From positions 1 through 42,888 of the forward strand of contig MCFE01000711.1 in the NCBI GenBank assembly GCA_002104905.1: 42,888 nucleotides of DNA. The letters are read 5' to 3'. A program made the position numbers and the translations under genes. Positions within the stretch are counted from its first letter, which is position 1. Each line of letters opens with the position of its first letter. A model generated the notes under the pieces. The model searched no databases. It saw only the letters and a list, made by a program, of their open reading frames with translations, and was not told the origin of the DNA. Origin of the DNA: Basidiobolus meristosporus CBS 931.73 (Eukaryota; Fungi; Basidiobolomycota). Below are positions 10,877 to 23,069 of the stretch, piece by piece.

Positions 10877-13800
10877 ACATCATGATCTTCACCTGGCACT
10901 GCAAGGTCTAGCACCTCATCTGCCAGTCGTTGCAATAAATCCTAGCAATATTCAAGTGTGTTTTCTTGAGCACTGCTCTTGAAGAAGTGCTGCAACCTCT
11001 TGGTATGCCTATTAATATTCCAAAATTCCACTGAAGGCATTGTGTTAGTCTTTCAAGCTCTTGACATTGTAGCCTTGTCTGTCAGTGGGATCTCCACTCT
11101 GTTGACAATGGAGGATGTGGAAGCTGTGGTACACAAATTGCCTTTTCTGCAAACTCATCTACCTTGCTGGAGTGTACCTCAACTGGCTGCACTTCCAACT
11201 CTTGTGAAAACAACTGTTTTCTTGTTGGTAATTCCTCTTGGCTATGAAGGGATTCAGTCTGTTCTGAGCTTGCAGTGTTAATTGGCAAGAACTGCAGTTT
11301 TTTTGCATGCCTCCCTGTCTCAGGCTTGGGTAGACATTTTTCACTTTACCTTTTCCTTTATCACTGCCATGTCTTTCACTGCTACTTTGTCTGAGTGCTT
11401 CTTGCAATGAACTACATTCTCTCCTTGATAAATTCTACCCTGCTGCATCTGTTTTGGCCTGCTTGTCTCTTGCTGGCACTCTTCTGGCAACCAGATGTTT
11501 CATTTCCGCTTGTTTTGAGCTCTCAACCATAATTGTGACAGGTTCCTGTAAAAGCTGCTGGTTTTTATCACTGCCAGGTCCTTCACTACTACTTTGACTG
11601 AGTGCATCTTGAGTGGTACTACACTTTTTCCTTGATAAATGTTGTACTGGTGCATATGTGTCTGCCTGCTTGTCCCTAATTAGCACTCTTACAGCTAGCT
11701 GACATATCTTTGATGCTTGTCTGGAGCTTTTAGCCCTGCTTGTAACAGGCTCTTGATGGAGCCACTGGTTTTTAGCCATGGCACCCTTGTTCTCCTGGCT
11801 TTGATGGTCTCTGCTACTTGTACAATACTTTCTTAGCATTCCAATGCTGGCCCAAAATCTGTTTGCCCATTTGAATCCAGCATAATGCTCATGGAACAAG
11901 TCAAGGGCATTCTGCTTGGCCTTGAGTTTCTGATGGTCCCATGGTATGCCAGCCTTAAGGTGATGGAGTGCTAAACTTCTGATGGCCTCTTGTATATTAG
12001 CCCACTCTTCAATATTGCAATCAATGGCTTCATGGATCTTCAATGTCTTTTGATTTTTAGGCTTTGGTATAGACACCACAATGTCACCCTCACATGCTGT
12101 GATAGGTTTTTCTGTGGGCTTTATCTTTGGGCACTGTTGTAGTGCTTCAAAGACTGTACAGTGTTCCTCTGCTGTTAAAGTGGGAAATGGCTCAATTCTT
12201 GGCTGTAATATTGAGCTACTTGTATTCATTCTTTGCAGCAAAGATACTGCTTTCTCCACCTGGAATATTAATTGCTCTACACATATTATCTACTCATCCT
12301 GTTTCTGGACTATTTTGTGATTTCTCTGGGCCATTGAATCTATCCTATCATCCACTGCACCTAATTGCTTCATTAATGCATTGGTATGAGCTGACAACAT
12401 ACTTGCTAATATTGGCGGTGGTGGTGTTATGACAGCCACTTGCCGGTCTTCAACTAAGGCTACTACGTTTAATACTTTCTCATCTGCCTGAGCATAATGG
12501 TCAGCTTGTGGCTCCACAGAGGTTCTCAATTGCCCACTTGAGTGAGAGCCTGAGAAGTCCTCATTATTACCTTCAGTGGGTACATTGTTAACATAGCCTT
12601 TTTTGAATGTAGCCTCATTTGTTGTGTTGAATGTCAAAGCAAGCTGTTGACCAACTATTCTTCTGTTGCCATAAGCAGTAGGCTCACTGATGTATAGTGA
12701 GTCTATCTCCCCTAACATAGTACCACAAATGAGCCCGGTAAAATCCCAGTATGCAATGAGACAATACCTGTTGAAGGAAATGCCAACAATACTTTGTGGA
12801 GCCAAGTGAGCCCAGTAATCCATTTACTGGTGAATGGTGTAATGTTGTGGTTAGAGAAGTGGTGTGTTTCCACTAATATCAGTAATGGGGGCTTTGAGGA
12901 TTTATTACTACTACTTGCCAAAATCACTCTGGGATGCAACTTGCCATTTACATGGTAGAAGTGGACAACTGTCATGTGGCTGGCAACATATGATCCAGAG
13001 ACTTTCCTGATTCCAGCATATGGTAACAGATGCATGGCACTCACATCCAAAAATGCTACCATTGCAATGTGTCCAAATTGTCAGGATTCCACCACCATTG
13101 AGGGAAGATATTGTTTACACTCCAGACATATTCCAATACTACACTGTCTAAGGAAGCTCATGCAGTCCAACAAATATTGCAAAGCTATACAGTATTATGC
13201 TCAATATCAATCATGTGCACACATATCCAATATATTTGATGACAAACATTATAAACAGCTAAGAATCATGGGCTACTTTGAAGGTATGTATGACCATGTC
13301 TTTGCCTTAGCACTTGACAGATTCTCATTGAGCAAGTACTCTACCAGCAAATCCTGCTGACCAATAATTCTCATCAATATGAATCTGCTGCCCATCTTAT
13401 GGTATTAAGCAATAATCTGATGGTAGTCTCACTGGTATCTAGGCCTAAATCACCATCCAACCTGGATAGCCACCTTTATCCATTGCAGATTGAGTTTTAT
13501 ATGCTTTCCAGTGGGATAACAGTCAATGGCTGTCATTTAAAAGGGCATATTATTATCTGCAGTGGAGATACCCCAGCCATCAGCAAGATAGCAGGTTTTT
13601 TTTGGTCACAATGGATGGTATTGCTGTTGAATGTGTGGGATCTAGGGGATTTACTCCATAACTCTCACACATAATTAATATTAGCCAAACATAAGCACTA
13701 AGAAAATCATCTTAATAATATGCGCTTCTACATGATGGCCATTTACCATATCCTGCTGGAAAGCTTACAAAATTCATCCAGCAATGGCTACAGGTAGCTA

Positions 13801-15193
13801 TCCAGGTTGGATGGTGATTTAGGCCCAGATACTGGTGAGACTTCTATGATATTATTGCTCTAATACCATAAGATGGGCGGCAGATTCAGGTTGATGAGAA
13901 TCAGTGGCCAGCAGGATTTGCTGGTAGAGTACTTGCTTAATGAGAATCCATCAAGTGCTAAGGCAAAGACATGGTCATATATATATTCAAAGTAGCCCTT
14001 GCTTCTTAGCTGTTTGTAATATTTGCCATCAAATATATTCAATATGTTTGTGCTTGATTGATACTAAGTGTGGTACTGTATAGCTTTGCAATATCTGTCA
14101 GACTGCATCAGGTTCCTCAGACAGGGTATGACCAGAACATATCTGGTGTGTGAGCAATGTTTTCCCTCAATGTTGGTAGATTCATGACAATTTTGACATG
14201 TTGCAATGGTAGCATTTTTTGATGTGAATGCCATGCAACTGTTAACACATGCTGGAATCAGGACAGTCTCTGGATCATAGGTTTCCAGCTATATGTTGGT
14301 AATCCACTTGTACCATGTACATGGTAAGTTGCATCCTGGTATGATTTTGGCAAGAAGTAGTAATAAATCCTCAAAGCCCCCATCACTGATATTAGTTGAA
14401 ACACGCCACTTCTCTAGCCACAACATTACATCACTCACTAGTAGATGGAATACTGGGCTCACTTGGCTCCATAAAGTATTCTTGGCATTTGTTTCAATGG
14501 GTGTTGTCTTATTGCATATAAGGATTTGACTGGGCCCATATGTGGCATTGTTGTTAGGGGAGTTAGGCTCAAAATCCATCAGAGAACCTTCTTTGTCAGA
14601 GCTATCACCCTGTGTGCCATATTCAGAAGGCTGAGGTAAGCCTAAAGGCATCACAAACTCACCTGACTCAGTTTGCACAAGGTGACAAAGATGGCCAGGT
14701 GCCAATATAGAAGTATAAACTGGCCAGCAAGATAATGTTAGTGCAGTAGTGACCAATAAATGGTCAAATATGACTTGGGTGGCAAAGCACTGGCCATGAT
14801 CCATGTAGTACTTCCTATGCTGCCTGCATGCTTCATGGCCAAGAAGCTTGCCACAATAGCCACATGGTCTTTTTTCTCTTCCCTTACACCATTGATTCAA
14901 AGTAGTCTTGTCCATGGGGCAAACAACTTGACCTTCAACAATGTAACTCTATTATATCACTTTTTGGTTAATACTCATGTAACATAAGACAGTCTTGTAT
15001 TTGAGACATTGGACTTGTTCTGTTGGATAGTGCCACATAGTGCCAGCCTGTTTATGGTGCCGGATCAATCTGGCACTCTACGGCACTATCTGGCACTATA
15101 ATTTCTACCATGATGCCAGTGGTATGATACAGTTACTGGTAATTTTACTCAATCTTACTTATGTTGCTCAGAATAGTGCTTTCCTTGCTTTAT

Positions 15194-16060
15194 TTACACT
15201 TCATAATGCTCCAGACACATTTCTCTCAGTGGATGACTTCTTGTATGAACATACTGTGCATTAATAAGTATCTTAACTATTTTACCTAGTCTGCTGTTTT
15301 CTCATATTTATGACTTTCCTCTGTATTCACCTGCCAATATGCTGAATCTCTTCAGATATCCAAATGTGTGCTCTACCCTCACTCTGAAATGATTAAATAT
15401 CCCATTGTAGAGCTTCTGCTTCCTGCTAAGCACACCATTTCTTGGCTTCCTATAAGCTGTAATACATCCTAATCTCTGACAATCCTCTTCTATAAAGAAT
15501 AAGTCTGCCATACATTTCTCCCCTCTACTGAGTTCAGGATGATTCTCTACCCAGAGTGCTTTGTCATGCCTACTTCCAGCAAATGGCCCACTAAACCAGA
15601 TGATGTTACCCTCAATGTCAGACAGTGCTTGAAACTTCACACAGTGTGCCTTGTACTTGCCAGAATAAAAGTGCCTCTGCCCTCTAGAAGGTCTGTTAAT
15701 CCTCACTGGGAAGGTATCCAAAATACTCCTGATATGGAAACTGTTGCTGAACACTCTGGGATATGGAAGTCTATTGGAGCTTCTGAACCTAGTATTCCAA
15801 GCTTGCTCTAAGTCATTCATACCCTCTGCAAGGTGGTTCTCAATTGCTGTCAGCTGGGAATGAAAGCTTCTAGGACTTTTGTTGCCATGGATGGTGGGAT
15901 GAAACCTTGTAGGGCAATAGTTCTTGTAATAGCAGAGAAGCTTAACAAGGGATCTCCTTGAGTAAATTGGGGTTGATGGTCCACAGTACTTGGAATAGCT
16001 CTCTTCTAGTGTGTCAAAAGGAATCCAGTGGTAGTAATGGGATTGATGAGAAAAGACCAT
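15194..16060 (-). pseudogene. Harbinger-type DDE transposase (DDE_Tnp_4-like), two in-frame stops near the C-terminus
   Basis: ILDTFPVRINRP...YSGKYKAHCVKFQ...GSRHD...MADLFF...RVRVEHTFGYLKRFSIL. The frame continues past TAA 15310 and TGA 15304 as ENSRLGKIVKILINAQYVHTRSHPLR to a stop at 15194. Confidence 0.85.
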
Positions 16061-16435
16061 TCAGATGAGTAAGTCATATTAAAATTGGTGGATGATTGTA
16101 TGGAGGCAGTTTGAATCAATTTAGCGCAATCTGTGTTATTTATCTGATTTTTAATACATTATGGTTAAATCTCCATCAATTGCCATGTATCCCATCAATA
16201 TGTCGCAAAAATCATCCCAAACAATGCCTTGGTACTTTTATTGATGCTTTAATCAGAGGTCTATAATCAAATAGGAAATCTGTGATTGATGTGATCAGAT
16301 CCGTGTCAATGCAATCCAAGATGCATCATGCATAATATATGGAAAATTCAACAATCACATTAGTTTTCATATGTATTTCATACAAGACCAGGTTGATGCC
16401 AATATACTGCTGTATAAGTCTCCAAATCCATTGCT

Positions 16436-17668
16436 ATGGTCCCCATACTAAGCCTCAACTCATCTTTAGTACAACCCAGACAAAACCCATCCCCCAGCTC
16501 ACAAGCGCAGTCCGGACCGGAAAAGTCAATGTTGGATCCGTTCAAGTTCTTGCCAAATGATTTTAGTATGGCCCAGGTGTCTATGATGAGCCTTCATACA
16601 GATATTTGGGCACTACTGATTAATCTAACAGGACTAGATAGCTCAGAGAGTTGACAAAGATGGAAGAATTTGAGTAGAAAGCTGTAGCATGAGTTCTACA
16701 TCAAGATGCCAGCTGATGTATGTAAGAAGATATATAACAAGACAAGTATTGAAGTCAAGAATGAGCTGAGAGTGAGGGGATTTGACAAAGAAGCTGCACG
16801 GGAATGATTTTGCGTGCAGTTTGCACAGTACGGGCTGGACACGTCCATTTGTGCCTCAACTTTGGGAACCAAAGAGATTTTGAATGAGTTTTTGCCTCAA
16901 ATGACTAATGTACTACGTGATATATTAGTAGAGATAAGTGGCTTCCAAGAGCAATATACACAGTACTCATCCAGGCAACAGCTCCAAAGTATCAGACGGA
17001 GGGTAAGTGAATACCTTGAGGAATCAGATGGTGAGCTTCAGGAGGAAGAATACAGACCGGAAGCAACATTGTCCAGATTGCGCCAGCATGCCTTGCTGGA
17101 TTCCCTACCATCTCTTGCAACCACAGCGCACCGGCGCACATCAGTCCAGACCACGCCAACACCCTTTACCAGAACGCCCCGCATTGAGTCAATGCGCGTG
17201 CTTCAGAGCAAAACTATGAGAACTTGCCAAACTGCTCATTTAGACACAAGTCCATTGGAGCGGACCAAGTTGCGTCAACATGCAGCATCACATTGAACAC
17301 AGCCAAGGGCCATCTCAATGTGTCCAGGCGCGCCTGCGCATGCCATTTTGCCTGACCATCAGCAAGTTACTTCTGGTGAACTGACTGATGATAACCAACA
17401 TGAAGTGCCTCAACCACCAGAGCCCTTAGCAAGTAAAAGAACACATCAGCACGTGGCACTACAGGCCAGTTCAGCTGGTTCAGTTGGAGCAATTCAGCAC
17501 GGCCAAGCTGCAGCATTGCACTCATCAACTAGGAGGCAAAATACTGACTACAAATACACAAGTTGCCAAGATGATAGTCAGCCAGGAAGTAGTAAAGGTG
17601 TGCAAAGTGAGTCACTACCAAATGCTTCAGTAGTAATCCCTGTGAGAAAAAAACCCAGGAGAAGATGA
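16436..17668 (+). pseudogene. Harbinger ORF1 (Myb/SANT-like accessory protein), four in-frame stops
   Basis: Track ORFs 16436-16654, 16814-17296 and 17318-17668 are one frame. xRWKNLSRKL resembles the Myb/MADF third helix (copy 2 reads QQRWKKLSRKL). Basic tail RKKPRRR. Stops are TGA/TAG, explicable by single C>T or G>A changes. Confidence 0.7.
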
Positions 17669-18539
17669 TGCAATTGCTTTGAATTGCTCACATGTCTAAT
17701 GATCCCAACAACCCATTTTTTTTGCGATCTGAATCAATCCATTGCAAATCAGTGATCATCAAATTTTTGATATAAGTAATATCAAGGTCGTCTCACATTT
17801 GAGACAGAACCCCTATAAATAAACACCCTGCATATATATACGTCTTCTGTAATACCAGTGCAGCTATTTGATCTATTTCACACCTACACAATTGCTTGTG
17901 TGCTAGCTATGACACCTTGTCCAATCACTAGGATCAGGGATTTACTTGCTCAATGGGCAAAATGGGATATTTGATGGCAAATCAGGTAGCTTTTTCAGTA
18001 GGCAATGAGCCAATTGGGGGCTGCCAGCTTCAGGATACTTTTGGACCAATTAACCACTGAGATACCGTCCAATTGGAGTGAGGGTAACCAAAATGGTAAG
18101 TATCAGTGTAGTTTATAGTGTGATACACATTTATTTCCATTTACATTAAAGGAACATATCCAAATACCGGATCTTACCTGCCATCAAAGCAGTATCCAAT
18201 TGCGCACATGATGCAAACATTACAAGTTGGTGCAATCATCCATGCCAACCTCATTGTGTCAGATTGTCCATAGTGTGCAAGATTGTCCCACATAGTGCTA
18301 AATTGTCCAAGAACAATCCTGCCTTCTGGTAGCTATTATAGCACGCCCAATCACTCTTTATAACCGCGGATTGCGCCGCATGCCCTGGCACGGTACAATG
18401 GAACAAGTCTATTGCACCTACATGAATGTAAGATTCAATGATGGCCTGCCATAGTAAGCATTATAAATAAAGTTGTGGCACCACATACACATGTACATGT
18501 AGCACTGTTTCCCCTTTTGTTTGACTCACTTCCACATAT

Positions 18540-20373
18540 ATGCTGCCAAAAAATAAAGCAAAGTTGTCTGGTTCCTAACCAAATCCCACCACCAACAGCA
18601 ATAGAAGAACGGTTGGACAGCAGCTTGCTTTGACATTCAGTGCAACATGCAGGGCTACGTCCAAAAAAGGCACTGTGGACAGTGTGCCCATTGAAGGTAA
18701 TAATGCAGACTCCTCAGGCTCTCAGTCAAGTAGGCAATTGAGAACCCCTGCAGAGCCACAAGCTGACCTTTATACTGAGGCAGATGAGAATGTAGCAAAC
18801 TCAGTACCCCCAGTTGAAGATCAGCAAGTGGCCATGATAACATCACCACCACCCATATTAGCAAGTATGCTGCCAGCTCATACAAATCCATTAATCAAGC
18901 AACTAGGTGCAGTGGCTAATAGGATAGATGCAATGGCCCAGAGAAATAAGGAAATAGTCCAGAAACAGGATGAGCAAATAATACATGCTGAGTAATCAAT
19001 ATCCCAGGTAGAGAAAGCAGTATCTTTGCTGCAATGAAGGAACTCAAGTAGCTCAATGTCTCAGCCAAGAGTTCAGCCATTTCCTGATGTGACAGCAGAG
19101 GAACACCATACAGTCTTTGAAGCACAACAACAGTGCCCAAAGATAAAGCCCACAGAGAAACCTATCATAGCATGGGAGTAAGACAATGTGGTGTTTCTAC
19201 CAAAGCCTAAAAATCAAAAGACATTGAAGATTCACAAAGCAGTTGAGTGCAATAATGAAGAGTGGGCTAATAAACAAGAGGCTGTCAGAAGTCTAGCACT
19301 CCATCACCTCAAGGCTGGCATACCATGGGACCATTGAGAACTCAAGGCCAAGCGCTTGAGTTGTTGCGTGAGCATAATCCTGGATTCAAACTGGCAAATA
19401 GATTTTGGGCCAGCATTGGTATGCTAAGACAGTATCTTAAGAATAGCAGAAACTATCAAAGGCAGAAGAACAAGGGTGCCATAGCTAAAAACCAGCTGCT
19501 TCCTCAAAAGCCCATTACAAGCAGGGCCAAAAGCTCCAGACAAGCATCAAAGAGATGTCAGGTAGCTGGAAGAGTGCCAATTAGGGACTAGCAGGTAGAC
19601 ACAGATGCACCAGCACAACATTTATCAAGGAAAAAGCATAGTATGACTCAAAAATTACCCAGTCAAAGTAGCAGTGAAAGATCTGGCAGTGATAAAGAAA
19701 AAGCTAAAGGGAAAAGTGCCTACCCAAGCCTGAGACAGGGAGGCATGCAAAAAAAACTGCAGTTCTTGCCAATTAACGCCACAAGCCTGGAACAAACAGA
19801 ATCTCATCATAGCCATGAAGAATTACAAACAAGAAAACAGCTGTTTTCACAAGAGTTGGAAGCACAGCCAGTTGAGCTACATTTCAGCAAGGTAGATGAG
19901 TTTGCTGAAAAGGCAATGTGTCTACCACAGCCTCCACAGCATCCACATCCTCCATTGTTGACAAAGTGGAGGTCCTACTGACAGACAATGCTACAATGTC
20001 AAAAGCTTGAAAGACTATCACAATGCCTTCAGTGGAATGTTGGAACATTAGTAGGCACACCAAGAGGTTGTAACACTTCTTCAAGAGCAGTGCTCAAGAA
20101 AATGCACTCAAATATTGCAAGGATTTATTGCAAAGACTGACAGATGAGGAGCTAAGCCTTGCAGTGTTGGCTGAAGACCAGGATGTGTGGGAACCAGTGA
20201 ATGAACAATGGCATAAAGCTGTTGGGTTCCCGCCAAAGATGTGGCACCAGAGCATTACAGCAGAAATACCTGTTGAGTGTGGGGTAGGGCTTAATGGTAG
20301 TGTATGGTATAGAGACTTGTATAGGTCAATACAATTGGCAATTGAGTTACAACTGAAGTTCCAACGGAAATAA
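18540..20373 (+). pseudogene. ORF2 of CACTA-like copy D (most complete copy, ~610 codons, disrupted)
   Basis: MLPKNKAKLS... through HHLKAGIPWDH...FWASIGMLRQYLKNSR to ...GSVWYRDLYRSIQLAIELQLKFQRK*. Confidence 0.75.
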
Positions 20374-20703
20374 ATCAATTTGTTTGCATGAAAAGTAAGT
20401 GAAACTGTTGGGTCAGGAAGTAAGGAGTATGAAAAAGAGGTAATAGCCAATCAATTCACACAAATGTAGGAGGCAATAGTGTGTCAGCAATCAGAAAGTG
20501 AGCAAATTGGCAGGGAACCAATCAAAAGCCACTTATATATTGTTGTGATGAAAAATTTTGACTTAATTTTTGGGAAATCTGGGGTGCAAATATTTTTCAA
20601 TGGTCTCTGGATGGTGGCCTGGTGGGATCACTACCTCTTAGTCACAGGGCTTTAACTTTGTAACAACCCTTTGATGGGATCATCTCAAAAATCTTTCATA
20701 GGT

Positions 20704-23069
20704 AGGTCCCTATACCAAGTCCCAACTCATTTTTAGTACAACCCAGACTAAACCCATCCCCCAGCTTGCAAGCATGGTCTGGACCAGAGAAGCCAATATT
20801 TGATCTGTTTGAGTTCTTGCCAAAGAATTTTAGTATGGTCCAAGTGTCCATGAATAGCCTTCATACAGATATTTGGGTGCTACTCATTAATCTAGCAGTA
20901 CTAGATACATCAGAGAGTCAACAGAGATGGAAGAAACTGAGTAGGAAGCTGTGGCATGAGTTCTACTTCAAGATGCAAGTGGAAGTATTTAAGAAGATAT
21001 ATAACAAGACAAGTACTGAAATCAAGAATGAGCTGCAAGTGAGGGGGTTTGATGAGGAAGCCATACTGGAACAATTTTGCGGGCAATTTGAACAGTATGG
21101 GCCAACCAGGTCTGTTTGTGCCTCAGCTTTGGGAACCAAAGAGATTTTGAATGAGTTTTTGCCTCAAATTACTAATATATTACATGATATATTAGAAGAG
21201 CTAAGAGACTTCTAAGAGCAATATATACAGGACTTGTCTAGGCAGCAGTTCCAAAGTATCTGACAGAGAGTAGGTAAATACCTTGAGGAATCAGAAGGTG
21301 AGCTTCAAGAGGAAGAATACAAACCTCAAACAACAGTGTCTAGATTGTGCCAGCACACCTTGCTGGATTCCTAACCATCCCTTGCAACTGCAGCGTGCTG
21401 GTGCATGTCAGTCCAAACTACACCAACACCCTTCACAAGAGCACCCCACATCAAGTCAATGCATGTTGAGTCAACATGCGTGCTTCAGTGCAAAACTACC
21501 AGAACTTGCCAAACAGCTCATTTATACACAAGTCCACTGGAGCAGGCTGAGTTACGTCAACAAGCAGCATCACATTGAACTCAGCCAAGGGCAATGCTGG
21601 TGCATCAAGTTCTACTTGCATGTGCCATTACACCTAACCATCAGTGAGTTGCTTCCAGTACACAGACTGATGATGACCCACATGAATTGCCTCCACTACA
21701 AGAGCCTTGTTGAGATATTGAACTATTTGGTATCATTCAGCAGCTAAAAATTTACTTAACAATGCTGGACTAGTCTTAGTCACTGTAGGACTCAATTACT
21801 GCCTTAACTTTGCCACTTTCTCCAGATATATGATCCTATGATTATTCCCCTATAGTCAGGATCAAATTAGCACTATTACCAAACATTATGTACCAACCCT
21901 GAAACTGTTACAGAATGCTCCTGAATATTGAGAAACCCTCCCCACTTAGTGTTACAGCTGTATTACTTCTACAAAGGTATAAATAATGAGCTTCTTTATG
22001 AATAAACAACAGTTCAGCTATTAACACTATTTCATGATAAGTTCCTTATATCCAAATCACTACTTAAATTGCAACAAGCCTTTGGTAAGTAAAAAAACAA
22101 ATCAGCTCATAGCACTACAGGCTTGTTCAGTAGCATCATCTGGAGCAATTAAGCAAGGCCAAGTTGCAGCATTGCACTCATCAACTAGGAGGCACAATAC
22201 TGACTACAAAGACACAAGCAGCTACGAGGATAGTCAACAAGGAAGTAGTTTAGGTATGCAAAGTTAATTACTACCAAATACTTCAGTAGTAGTTACTGTG
22301 AGTAAAAAGAACCTAGGAGAAGATGATGCAATTACATTGCGTTGCTATTATTTGTCATGATCCAAACAATGCATTTTTTTTGCAATCCAAATTGAGCCAC
22401 TACAAATCAGTAATCACTAAACTTTTGATACAAGCAGCATCAAGGTTATCTCACATTTGAGACAGAACTCCTACAAACAAATACCCTGCACAGATACACA
22501 TCATCTGTTACACCAGTGCAGCCATTTGAGCTGTTTTACAACTATATGAACAAATGCTTGCTAGCTATGACACCTTGTCCAATCACTAGGATCAGTGATT
22601 TACTTGCTCAATGGGCAAAATGGGATATTTCATGGCAAATCAGGTAGCTTGTGTATTGGTCAAAGAGCCAATTGGGGGCTGACAGCTTCAGGATACTTTT
22701 GGACCAATTAACAGCTGAGGGATAATGCAATTGGAGTGATGGTAACAAAAATGGTAAGTATCAGTGTAGTTTATAGTGTGATACACATTTATTTCCATTT
22801 ACATTAAAGAAACATTTTTAAATACCGGAATTTACCTACCATAATAGAGGTATCCAATTGTGCACATGTTTGAAACAATACAAGTGGGTGCAATCATCCA
22901 TGCCAACCCCATTGTGTCAAATTGTGCCATAGTGTGCAAGATTGTCCCATATGGTGCAAAATCATCCAAGAGTAATCATGCCTACTGGTAGCTATAATAT
23001 CATGACAAATTGTTCTTAGAGACCTCAGATTGCACCATGCACCCTGGTACAGTACTATGAAACAAGTCT
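20704..23069. mobile_element. Second, 5'-truncated and more decayed Harbinger-like copy (ORF1 plus right end), with a copia solo LTR inside
   Basis: Collinear with 16437-18410; ends GAAACAAGTCT followed by AAT (23070-23072) in CACTA transposase sequence. Confidence 0.88.
21708..22076 (+). mobile_element. Solo LTR (369 bp) of the Ty1/copia family at 32406-42037
   Basis: TGTTG...CAACA; 5-bp TSD AGCCT (21703-21707, 22077-22081); clearly homologous to 32406-32776. Confidence 0.95.

Larger units (their letters stand above)
8448..13722. mobile_element. CACTA/CMC-like copy C: ORF2-side terminus, ORF2 (minus), internal deletion of the divergent promoter (~12680), transposase fragment (plus); carries two solo LTRs
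   Basis: CCCTATGAAAAAT at 8448-8460; subterminal GATCCCAYCA at 8470 and 8522; ORF2 pieces 11435-12259 and 12290-12823; transposase pieces 12974-13360 and 13399-13674 (LDSHLYPL...IIICSGDTPAISKIAG). Confidence 0.85.
15011..18410. mobile_element. Full-length PIF/Harbinger (PHIS)-like DNA transposon, 3400 bp, inactivated
   Basis: TIRs GGACTTGTTC / GAACAAGTCT; 3-bp TSD ATT (15008-15010, 18411-18413); divergent DDE transposase and Myb-like ORF. Confidence 0.9.
13723..20703. mobile_element. CACTA/CMC-like copy D: transposase (minus, ATG 15009), Harbinger-like insertion, ORF2 (plus, 18540-20373), ORF2-side terminus
   Basis: Removing 15011-18413 restores GAGAC-ATT-GCACCTACATG as in copies A and F; ends ...ATCTTTCATAGG(T) at 20691-20703; TGRTGGGATC subterminal motifs at 20620 and 20672. 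Confidence 0.85.

Noticed and set aside
11130-11150. Programmed frameshift in ORF2 at GAAAAGG (copies C and D are out of frame with the C-terminal block, copy G is in frame)
   Set aside because: Cannot be distinguished from a 1-nt indel in an A-run or an unrecognised intron using three decayed copies.
8448-20703. Composite ~12.3-kb macro-transposon bounded by two outward-facing ORF2-side termini
   Set aside because: The flanks belong to different host elements (CACTA 3' region vs Harbinger ORF1) and there is no TSD. The nearby AGGT on both sides matches each host's own sequence.
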